From a virus (lineage: Duplodnaviria > Caudoviricetes): a DNA stretch of 64,000 bases. The stretch spans positions 96,001 through 160,000 of IMG/VR virus record IMGVR_UViG_3300015214_000026. One strand, 5' to 3'. Of the stretch, positions 30,608 to 40,100 are shown piece by piece. The position numbers were made by a program, and so were the translations under genes. Positions within the stretch are counted from its first letter, which is position 1. Each line of letters starts with the position of its first letter. The notes under the pieces are model-generated. The model did not search any database, was not told the DNA's origin, and worked only from the letters and a program-made list of their open reading frames with translations.

Positions 30608-32422
30608 CTACAACCTATATTTAGATTTAAATTCATTAACTGGTAAAATCTCTACGCCTAAATCTCTAGCTTTAGTTATCTTTGTAGAGGAATCTAAAGC
30701 CGATTTCACTATAACAGCGGTAGTATTTTTTGTAATACTACCAGTTACAGTTCCGCCGTTCTTTTTAATTTCTTCTTCAAGACTACGTTCACGAAATTTG
30801 GTAAATACAAAAGACATACCAGATAGTTTACCAGATTCTATCTTATATGACTGATCTTTTATCTTTAATCCAAGATCATCAACCAATTTCGTATATTTAC
30901 CTAAATATTTAGCAAACTGAGTGGCGGACGATTCAGAAAACCCCGGTAATCTACTTATTTTTTGAATTAACTTTTTAGAATCTACACGTATTAACTGTTT
31001 ATATGGAATAGCAGCTAAAATTTTATCAAATCGGGTATCCGTAAAACCCGACGGCCATATATGACTAGCCCACATTAATTTCCCATGTGAAAGAGTTTTT
31101 ATCGCTTTCTGAATACCAAAATATAGTTTTTCAGAATTAGCATTACCAACGCCTATTTCTAAAAAATCCTCTTTATCAGCTAACAAAATATCTGCAAGGC
31201 TGTAATCATTCTCTATAAGTACTTTAGCCGTTGCGGAACGAATACCATCGAATCCTAAAATACGGAAAGCTTCAGTTAGTTGTTTAACATTAATATGAGC
31301 TTTATCCGATTTACTTAAATTAGCCGGTTGTATATCTACCTTAGTAGAGTTCCATATATAATTCTTAGGGAATGATGGCTTAGATTTCTTAACAACCCCC
31401 ATTATTCTCGGTATAACATCCCCAGCGCGTGTAAGTTCTACTATAGCGCCCGGACCTATACCTAAATCTTTAACTGCTTTAGCATTATGTGCAGTTACAC
31501 GTTGTACAGATACTCCACTTAATTGAACAGGCTTATCAAGAATAACAACGGGTTTATAAACACCATGTTTACTAAGTTGCCATTTAATCTCTTTAACAAC
31601 AGCTTCTACATGAGGAGCGTTAACTTTGAACGAAATGCGAGCGCCAGTCTTATTATCAATAAGGACTAACCCATCAATGTCATAGATTTTAGTTTTATGT
31701 TCTTTAAGATACTTGGTTAATTGTGAAATAGTAGGTTTGGTGAATTGTTTGGTAGGGGCGGTTAAAAACTTACGAGACTTTAGTTTTATTCTAGCTTCTT
31801 TCCATTTAGTAGGAGGATTAATTAATTCGTGCGCTACAAAATCAATTGTTTTAGCTATTCGAGTATTAATTTTATCAGAATTAGCTACACCAGATACCGT
31901 ATTTCGCGGATTCTTAAATTCTTTGCTAAGCTTAGAATTAAAATCACTAAGCTTAAGCATTAATTCACCACGAACAGCTTCTTTCCTATTTAACTTACCT
32001 ACACCCTTTATATATTTAAGTAATGGCGTAATGTCTTGACCAACAGAACCATTACCTCTAGTATATAATTTGATTACACCATTTTCGTTAATTATTAGGG
32101 CCGATACACCATCTAGCTTATATAGCACAGAAAAATCGCCCGAAGACGCCTGTAAGAAGGACTCCGCGCCTCTATCTGGATAAATTTTATCCAAAGACGG
32201 CATATAATAAGGTAGTTTGACCTTCTTACCCGTCTTTGGCTTATTTCCAACTCTCTTTAAATAAGGATGATCTGGTACATGATCTTCTATAAAGCGTCGA
32301 ACCTTATCATAGCGTTCATCTGAAACCAAAGGTTTTCCACTATTATAATAGTGGTCATCCCACCGCTTCAACTTAGCTATGAGCTTTTTTATCTTTTCAT
32401 CGTCTTTAGTATACTTAGGCAT
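30608..32422 (-). CDS. ligA: NAD+-dependent DNA ligase
   Basis: Ia domain YYN....SD..YD, KLDG, TRGNG..G.DIT, RGE, KNPRN, IDGLV, RAGDVIP, C-terminal BRCT. Confidence 0.95.
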   Translation of the reverse strand: MPKYTKDDEKIKKLIAKLKRWDDHYYNSGKPLVSDERYDKVRRFIEDHVPDHPYLKRVGNKPKTGKKVKLPYYMPSLDKIYPDRGAESFLQASSGDFSVLYKLDGVSALIINENGVIKLYTRGNGSVGQDITPLLKYIKGVGKLNRKEAVRGELMLKLSDFNSKLSKEFKNPRNTVSGVANSDKINTRIAKTIDFVAHELINPPTKWKEARIKLKSRKFLTAPTKQFTKPTISQLTKYLKEHKTKIYDIDGLVLIDNKTGARISFKVNAPHVEAVVKEIKWQLSKHGVYKPVVILDKPVQLSGVSVQRVTAHNAKAVKDLGIGPGAIVELTRAGDVIPRIMGVVKKSKPSFPKNYIWNSTKVDIQPANLSKSDKAHINVKQLTEAFRILGFDGIRSATAKVLIENDYSLADILLADKEDFLEIGVGNANSEKLYFGIQKAIKTLSHGKLMWASHIWPSGFTDTRFDKILAAIPYKQLIRVDSKKLIQKISRLPGFSESSATQFAKYLGKYTKLVDDLGLKIKDQSYKIESGKLSGMSFVFTKFRERSLEEEIKKNGGTVTGSITKNTTAVIVKSALDSSTKITKARDLGVEILPVNEFKSKYRL

Positions 32423-32582
32423 CGACCTTCTCAAGCGCCATTTTGGAAACTATAAGTTCGTATATTTTACCAGTTTTCCCCTTCCAAGCTACAACTACTA
32501 ATTTATGCGTAACTATATCCACTACAAGTAGTGGAATAGGCATACATCGTATACGAACCTTGTCCCCAAACCTTATCATCAT
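32415..32582 (-). CDS. Small 55-aa protein, SH3-like (YodC/DUF2158-like)
   Basis: Manual translation MMIRFGDKVRIRCMPIPLLVVDIVTHKLVVVAWKGKTGKIYELIVSKMALEKVDA; fills the gap, and its stop overlaps the ligase start. Confidence 0.6.
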   Translation of the reverse strand: MMIRFGDKVRIRCMPIPLLVVDIVTHKLVVVAWKGKTGKIYELIVSKMALEKVDA

Positions 32583-32591
32583 ACATACTAT

Positions 32592-32861
32592 TTACGATGG
32601 ATATGGGTTATTATGTAATGACATGGCGTAACCAGTCATAGCCGCATCCATTAAATCATCGGTATAATAGGCGGTAGCTTCTCTACCATGCTTGTAATTA
32701 ACTCTATACTCATCAGTATTAGAAAGCCTAGTAATGGTCAGGCCCATTTCTCTAAGCTCTTTCTCAACTTCCTTAAATTTCTTATTGGCTAACTTTGCTT
32801 TAAATGCGTTCATGTTAACTACGTTGGAGGCAGTTTCATTAATATAACGTATATAATTCAT
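32592..32861 (-). CDS. Hypothetical protein with shared leader MNYIRYINETA
   Basis: 89 aa; TAATG-coupled to the upstream gene. Confidence 0.8.
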   Translation of the reverse strand: MNYIRYINETASNVVNMNAFKAKLANKKFKEVEKELREMGLTITRLSNTDEYRVNYKHGREATAYYTDDLMDAAMTGYAMSLHNNPYPS

Positions 32862-33928
32862 TATTTATCTCCGTATATAGCTTGATAACCTTCGTACCAG
32901 TAGGTCTTAACCAGCTCTTGTTCTTTTAAAGTAAGCTTATGCTTGGAATCATTTTTAAATAGAATACCCAATACCATTGGTATATATTTTGTGAGTACAG
33001 CGTTATTAAAATTAATCCTTTTTAAAAAATCTATTATATCTGCTTTAGTTAAATGCAAACGCCCTTCTATAATTCTAAAAATATCTTCTAAATAGTCTTC
33101 TGTTATGTATATCCAGTGTATAATATCAGAATATCGTACCTTATCCATAAGGTATATAAACTTAACAGAATGAGCTATTCTATAAAAAATCTTCCTCAGC
33201 TCTTCTACAAACTTAGGCTGCTTTTCCAATAAGTCCACCCAATTAATTTCGTTATCTTTATAGTCCATAAATTGATGGGCTTCGTCTTCGGAAGTGTCAA
33301 ACCAAAATTGATATTTCTTACCAGTTTTCTTATCTAGAACTATGTATAAAGGACCTTCACGATTATATACATCGAAGGCGTTATTTTCATCCGCTCTAGC
33401 AGTACACCATTTAGTATTAATTCCGAAATAGCAGGAGGCTTCTTTAGTATAGGGTATAACTACTTCTACTGTAGATGATTCATACAATTTCTTTGCAGCT
33501 TTATTCTTAAAGAACGATTCATCCTGCTCTTTAGTACGTCCGGCGGCTTCCTGATATTGATTTACTACATCAAATAATTCATCGTCATTCTTAATACGAT
33601 TAATATCTTTATGCTCGTAGCGTAATTTATTCATACGCTTTAATTTATCATAAGTCAATAGAGAAGCGGTTAGAGTAGGTAAATCTTGTTTAAATAAATA
33701 AAAAGATTTATTAGACCATTTGAGTATACCTTTAGTAATTATCCACTGTAAATATTGCTTGTTTTTAGTAGGATCAGCGTTGAGTATAAGCTTCCATATA
33801 AGGTCTCTATTTCTATCCGACGTTTCTACAAGATTACCGTATTTTTTGGATAAAATTTCCCATTTTTCTCGTAATATAGCTAATTTATCTTCTCTTGAAG
33901 CTTTCTCAAGATATCGAATATACCGCAT
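32861..33928 (-). CDS. ADPT/WCT-motif protein (possibly PcfJ-like) with leader MRYIRYLEKA
   Basis: ADPTKNKQYLQW, ASC.FG.NT.WCTA, GPLYIV and QFMD motifs; paralogue of 52231-53877. Confidence 0.7.
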   Translation of the reverse strand: MRYIRYLEKASREDKLAILREKWEILSKKYGNLVETSDRNRDLIWKLILNADPTKNKQYLQWIITKGILKWSNKSFYLFKQDLPTLTASLLTYDKLKRMNKLRYEHKDINRIKNDDELFDVVNQYQEAAGRTKEQDESFFKNKAAKKLYESSTVEVVIPYTKEASCYFGINTKWCTARADENNAFDVYNREGPLYIVLDKKTGKKYQFWFDTSEDEAHQFMDYKDNEINWVDLLEKQPKFVEELRKIFYRIAHSVKFIYLMDKVRYSDIIHWIYITEDYLEDIFRIIEGRLHLTKADIIDFLKRINFNNAVLTKYIPMVLGILFKNDSKHKLTLKEQELVKTYWYEGYQAIYGDK

Positions 33929-33937
33929 AGTAATTAC

Positions 33938-34414
33938 CTAGATTATCTGACCGCGACCACGGCCGGAACGGTCGTATTCTAAATCTGGTGTAGTAGTTTC
34001 ATATTCAACAAATACACGAGTTACAGGCTTAACATACTCGATACGATCTATTCTAGCGTAAAAACCGCTTTTAACTTCCGTATGATAAGAAGTAGCCATC
34101 TTTTTAGTAGAAGTATTTTGTCTGCGCCAAGGCTTAGACACCTTAATCTTTTCGTCTTTAATAAACTTCAAAGCAACATTCATAAATCTACCATCAGGAT
34201 CAGGTATTTCAAATTTAGCCGTAAAGGTTTTTACTTTGGTTTGATGGGCGTTAGGGTAGTCGCCATCATAAAACCCCTTCTTAACGTATCTTCGCGTACT
34301 ATCGTCTTCTGTATCAGCTAATACTTTAAAACCATTAGACAATAGGTGCTCTTTGAATCTAATAAACCTATTACCTTTAGGCGCAGCCGTTTCAATATAT
34401 CGAATATAATTCAT
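33938..34414 (-). CDS. Basic hypothetical protein with leader MNYIRYIETA
   Basis: 158 aa from ATG 34414. Confidence 0.8.
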   Translation of the reverse strand: MNYIRYIETAAPKGNRFIRFKEHLLSNGFKVLADTEDDSTRRYVKKGFYDGDYPNAHQTKVKTFTAKFEIPDPDGRFMNVALKFIKDEKIKVSKPWRRQNTSTKKMATSYHTEVKSGFYARIDRIEYVKPVTRVFVEYETTTPDLEYDRSGRGRGQII

Positions 34415-34542
34415 CAATCTGTCGCCTTCTTAGGAAGCCATTTAGGTTGACGGAGACCCTGCGCTTTAAACCATTCTGCCAGAGGTTGAGGTTCGGGAAA
34501 TCTACGTAGTTTACCGTAAACAGTCATTAGAAGCTCTTTCAT
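34414..34542 (-). pseudogene. Displaced original 3' end of topoisomerase IB, inside a 42-codon mini-ORF
   Basis: 34494-34414 encodes EPQPLAEWFKAQGLRQPKWLPKKATD*, 14/26 identical to and the same length as the present topoisomerase C-terminus. Confidence 0.8.
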
Positions 34543-34557
34543 AGATAGGACTTTAAA

Positions 34558-35316
34558 TTGACTAATGAAGAATTAAGAAAATTAATAGGTACTAAATATA
34601 AAACTAAACGCTCAGGTGTATGCAAAATAATTGATGTAATAACTATAAAATCAGGTAATAGGAATAGATCTAGAATAGTATTAAAATTTTTAAAAACAGG
34701 ATACATAAAAGTAACTACATATAGACAATTGATTGATGATGGTACTCATGGTGGGGTTTCTGATCCGTACTATCCTCGTGTTTGTGGGGTAGGTTTTATA
34801 GGCGAAGGTGATTATAATACTTCTTCCCATAGAAGGCTTTATGGATTGTGGCTATCTATGTTGAATAGAGCTTACAAACACCCTTCTTATACAGAAATAT
34901 CCGTTTGCTCAAGGTGGCTAAATTTTCAAAATTTCGCAAAAGATATACAAAAGAAACGTAATTGGAATACTCCTAATTTTGAATTAGATAAAGATTTAAG
35001 AGTTTTCAATTGTAAAATATATTCTCCTAAAACTACATCTTTCGTACCTAGAATTTTAAATGCTATGTGTAGGCAAGGTGGTAGAGGCTATTCTTATACA
35101 GACTGGGGTTATAGAGTAGTAACAACTATAAATAATAAACCAAAAAGTTTTGGGACATTTAAAACAAAAAAGAAAGCAAAACAAGTTTATATAAAAGTTA
35201 GAGCGGAGGCTATTTATAACGTGGCATTAAAGTATAAAACTCAATTACATAAGGAAGTTCGAGCTAATCTCTTAGATCGAGAAAAGCTCGAAATTTGGTT
35301 ACGTACTAAGCGCTAA
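34558..35316 (+). mobile_element. Free-standing HNH-type homing endonuclease gene, antisense to the operon
   Basis: Y..W..ML.R.Y, VC.RW.NFQNF, ELDKD, YSP.T..FVP..LN motifs; AP2-like C-terminus; only credible plus-strand gene in the late region. Confidence 0.85.
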
Positions 35317-37136
35317 TCCTTAGCTGTTGTAGGCACCCAGCGAGGCACACGAAGTCCTTGATCTTTAAACCATTTTATTAGATATGGCGTCTCAACGTAT
35401 GACTTGACCGTTGTTCTCCAAAGCGTAGCCCCTGTACCGGATTTATGCCCCAATAGAATAGCGATAGGGGTAAGAATCTTCTCGATAATAAACTGCTCAC
35501 CTTCCTTCTGCGACCTAGAAAGATTACCAGAAGCCTTTACAGAAAGATTAAATTTCTCTTTCTTCAATAGATCAAGCATAAGATTAGTACCACGAACACG
35601 ACGCATCTTATGTGGCCCGGCAGGGTATCCAGATTCTTTAAGGTACTGAATGTACGCAGCATATGTTAAAACAATAGGTTTTTTATTTTTGTTTTTATTA
35701 GGTACAGAAAAGACGAGATCAGTCTTTTTCTTTCCTGCCATAAGCTTCTCAAGATTCTGATAGACTCGCTTAGTAAGACCATCAGAAGGATCAACCTTAA
35801 TAATATGTTGCTGCTCCAATCCAGTTTTGCTTGCAGCCTTACCTTTGTATTTCAAAAATATACTATTTTTACGTAATGAAATATGTGTAGGTCTAAGAGA
35901 AATAGCTCCATACGTAGCTTCACCAGACTGTGAAGCTGCAGAAGTCTGTCTAGCACCTACGCGCATAGCAGTCATATAAATCATGACGGAAGCTGTAGCT
36001 CCCATCTTCTTTAATGGGTCTGGTGATGTAAGGTCCTTCTTCCATCTAGCTAATACAGAATTAATCTTACTAGTCACTTTCTGCGTATCAGAAGATATTT
36101 TAGCAGAAGATTTATTCAGATGCGATTCCGTATATACTCTAGTAATACCTGCTGCCACATCAGAAGTATACGTTAGATATCCACCTTCGCCAGTCTTAGG
36201 GTTATACCTAGCGGATAATTTAATATCTTTAGCATTACTAGGTATATTCTGAGCGATTGGTCGATCATCGCCTGTATAGAATTTAGGTTTACCTAACACC
36301 ATGCCTAATTTAAGCGGGATATTCTTCGGTACATTGGGTATTTTATGAATTTTATACCCTAGTTTAGTCATATGCTCGTAGGCATCTTGAATTTTAACAA
36401 CACTAGGATTTTTACTGGATATGTATCCAATAAGGTCTTTATCGTAGGACGCACCTAAATCTCTACGCATTTGCGCATATCTACGAGCGCGATCTAAGTT
36501 TTCACCACCCGCTCTACGCATTTCTACAATGATTTTATTTGGTACGCTTAGTACGTCTAGCTTGGCTTTCTTACCAGTAATGTCGGCTACCAATTCAGAG
36601 AGTTCTCTCTGTAGATCAACTATGTTATTCTTATTTCCAGAAGTCGAGCCATGAATGCGCTCTACAACTTTCTGAAAGTTACGGTAATATGCAGCACTAA
36701 TAGTAGCTGCGTGTTTCTTAGCCCGTTCTACATAATTAGCATTCTTAGTAGGATTCTCCAAGAATAGTACAGAAAATTTAAGCAAAGACACTTCATCAGT
36801 AGAAATATTAGGGTCCTCAACCATTACCCTAATAGAATCTTTAAGCGGCTTCGCAAACATCTTCATATTAGAAGGGTCAGAAGATGAAAATTTAAAGAAA
36901 TTGTCCGGTATAGCATAGTTTTTGAAAAATCTAGGATTAACTAAATCTCTCATTATAGCCGCATTTTGATGGGCGGATTTCTTACCTTCACCATTGCCCG
37001 CTAATTCAACTAATCCTAAAGCTAAAAGGAAAGCTCCTAATTTAGTAAATTGAGTGGGAGGCAAATTTGCTACCTCCACACTCAACATTGATTTCATGTA
37101 ATTTTTTAAATATGTACTTTTAGTATAGTTATTCAT
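35313..37136 (-). CDS. Type IB DNA topoisomerase with a long N-terminal extension
   Basis: Catalytic pentad in order: MRVG (R), YKGK (K), HKMRR (R), LGH (H), KSYV (Y); TYG..SLR..H motif. Confidence 0.85.
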   Translation of the reverse strand: MNNYTKSTYLKNYMKSMLSVEVANLPPTQFTKLGAFLLALGLVELAGNGEGKKSAHQNAAIMRDLVNPRFFKNYAIPDNFFKFSSSDPSNMKMFAKPLKDSIRVMVEDPNISTDEVSLLKFSVLFLENPTKNANYVERAKKHAATISAAYYRNFQKVVERIHGSTSGNKNNIVDLQRELSELVADITGKKAKLDVLSVPNKIIVEMRRAGGENLDRARRYAQMRRDLGASYDKDLIGYISSKNPSVVKIQDAYEHMTKLGYKIHKIPNVPKNIPLKLGMVLGKPKFYTGDDRPIAQNIPSNAKDIKLSARYNPKTGEGGYLTYTSDVAAGITRVYTESHLNKSSAKISSDTQKVTSKINSVLARWKKDLTSPDPLKKMGATASVMIYMTAMRVGARQTSAASQSGEATYGAISLRPTHISLRKNSIFLKYKGKAASKTGLEQQHIIKVDPSDGLTKRVYQNLEKLMAGKKKTDLVFSVPNKNKNKKPIVLTYAAYIQYLKESGYPAGPHKMRRVRGTNLMLDLLKKEKFNLSVKASGNLSRSQKEGEQFIIEKILTPIAILLGHKSGTGATLWRTTVKSYVETPYLIKWFKDQGLRVPRWVPTTAKD

Positions 37137-37171
37137 AGCAGCACTCAAATATCAGGAATATACGTAAAGAA

Positions 37172-40100
37172 TTACATCTTTGGACGGCTACGAGGACGCT
37201 TAAGTTTAAGTATTTCATCCTTAACGTCAACTAGATCACGTTTAATCTGCTCTATATCAATAGAACGGATAGTAGATAAATTACGAAGGTCTTCCATAGC
37301 TTCGCGAACGGATTTAAATATATTAATCCACATAGCTTCATTCTTACGAATATTTATTACGCCAGGGAACTTAGCTCTGTTACGTCCTAACCACGCTATA
37401 AATCTAGGATCGTGACTATTAGTATCAAACGCAAGAAGAACATCGGTTTCATTAACAATCCAATATGGATTAACAATTACCTTACCATTCTTCGCGGTTC
37501 CTAGCTTTTTACGCTGATCTAAGAAGAAGTTACGGAATTTCTGAAGATTAATCTGTTTAGTAAGCTGCATCGCCTTACCATCACGGATTTCTTCCATTTC
37601 TTCTTTCAGGGCCTCATAAGTTTTATCGGATATATGCATCTTGGAGTCGATAATATCCAATAGTTTTTCCGCTGCCGCCCAACTACGGAAGGACACGGAT
37701 GTAAATGGGTCGATACGATTCCAGCCATCAAGATTCTTTAGTTCCTTAATGTCTTCGTCAACAATCAATGCTGGCCAACTATTAAGAATACCAGCATAGA
37801 TTTCTACTTCATCCTTATCTTCTTCCTCGTTATCGAGGTTGTCTTCCAACATTTCGATAACTTCTTCTTCATCTTTCAGCTTAGTTTTATCAACCTTAGC
37901 TGTACCAGTAACCCCCAATGGATCGAATGATTCATTACGCCATTTGATAGGGTCTTTAACAGTCTTAGCGAATTCCTTATATCTAGAAGGCGCCGCAACA
38001 TGAACAGTGCCTTTCTTTAAGGAAACAGTTCTACCATTATAAAGCTGTACTTTAACAGCCTTCTTCATAGAAGCCTTAACAATAGCTGGACCAAATTCAG
38101 TATAGATAACTGTTCCAACCGCTACGTCATTATTACCAAGAACTGTAAACCCGTAATTATTAGGGTCTGGTGGAAGAGCATTACGAATAAATGGCACATA
38201 AACACGTTTAGAGCCTGGAATTTTATAAGTAGATTCCACTTCATACATAGCAAGCTGTATGAATTTATTGATATCCATGATATTACCTTTGCTATCAAGC
38301 AAATCTATATCATGTTCATGCTCCAATTTTTCTGCCATACGCCGCTTGGATTGCTTATTTAAAGCGTTTTCCCAATGAATATATGTTTTCCATGCCTGGA
38401 AATAAGGTTCTAAATCGTAATCTCTAGCATGGAAAATAAGTTGAAGATTCATCTTCAACATCTTCAATTCATCAAATTCATTGGATACCTGACGCCATTC
38501 CATACGACCTTCATAAGTAAGACGCGCATTAGAAATATATTTAGAAATAAGACGCGCTATCTTAACACCATCCAAAGTAGGTTGATTATTAGGAAGACGA
38601 GTCATTATCCAAACATGGCGAACCGAATCACGATTATACTTACCACGCGGATCAGGTCTATACATACGAGCACGGGCTTGCTTATGTTCACCGGGAGCCC
38701 ACACACTCTGCATACGGCAGATAAGAGAAGTCATCTGTAGGTTGAAGCCTTCACGCATACTTCCTTCTGTAGCGCAAAGGATAATATTGTTAGGGTTAGT
38801 TTCAAATTGCCGAACTACTTCTTCATTACCAGCGGTATAATGAAGAGATTTAGACGCAAATTTACTGTGTCGCATAAAGTGTTCTGCAGAAACTATATTC
38901 CATCCAAACACTATGATCTTATTATGAGGAAGATCATCTTTATGCTTTATAACATGCTCTTCAATAAGTTTATCAGTAAGCCGAACTTTAGGAGAAACCA
39001 AATCTTCTCCAGAAGGCTTACGTTCCCAAGCCATATATTGGTCATTAGAATCAGGAGCAACAAGGAACATTTCCACTTTTTGTAAATGAACCTTGGCAGC
39101 TGCTATAATGCGTGCTTCTTCTGCGTCGTCGCCTTCTTCTCCTTCGTCATCCTCGTCTTCATCTTCTTCGTCGTCATCATCGTCATCTTCTGATTTTATC
39201 TTCTTCTTAGATTTCTCTAGTTCTAGAAGAATAAGCTCCGCTTCTTGCATAAGAAGATTATAAAATTCATGCTGTAATGGAGTCATATTAGCAAACATGA
39301 CTTCATCATCCATTGCTGGAAGCATGTAAGCCCAATCTTCCTCATTCGCTTCGTGATAAGCCGTGGTAGCCTTCAACCTATCTTTAATCTTCTTGGCGTC
39401 TTCATCAGATTTGATAAGACCTTGGCTAAGACCGTATCTATCCGCGAAAGCCACAGGGTCATCACCAAATATATAAGGGGATATGGCTCTACCTTGACCA
39501 ACTAAGTCAGGAACGGTGTTAGCTACGATAGTACCCGACATAACGTCGCGATTATCTGCGTGTGAGAAAATCGCATAGCTATTTCTCGAACGGGCGGATT
39601 CAGGATTTTTAATCATATGGCTTTCGTCACCAGAAATAAATCTGATACCGAGAAGCTTTATAATAAGCATAAACTGAGTAGTAGGTATAGAAAACTCGCA
39701 AAACCCATCAACCAGATCAAGATCAGGGTATAGTTTACGCCTAGAAGCGAGTGAAGAATAACTACCGACAAGAATTGTATTCTTTGGGAGTTTTTGATAC
39801 CATTTCAGAAGTTTAGCAAAAGTATTAATACCAGAAATTCTAGACATACGCCTAAGAGTAATGGGTGTAAACGGTATAGCATTAATTTCACCCTTACAAA
39901 TCTGGTTGATTTCAGTAACAGTACCACGAATAAGATTAGCCTTGGTAAGGATCATAGGAATCGTCTTGGTATTAACGATACCGAAGATCGATTGCACAAT
40001 ACTAATAATGGTCTTGCCGCCGCCTGTGCTGACTGACTTAATAGACTGATGCGGCGATTTAATCGCCGAGGAAAGAATACGACCCTGATGCGGGAGTAGC

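Noticed and set aside
34494-35396. Group I intron joining the topoisomerase to the orphan C-terminus
   Set aside because: No U/G splice junction restores the frame, there is no room for a ribozyme core, and the upstream gene is already complete.
35313-37136. Tyrosine integrase or protelomerase
   Set aside because: RVG, TYG..SL..H, YKGK and K.R..G motif spacing fits topoisomerase IB better; no att or telomere palindrome seen.
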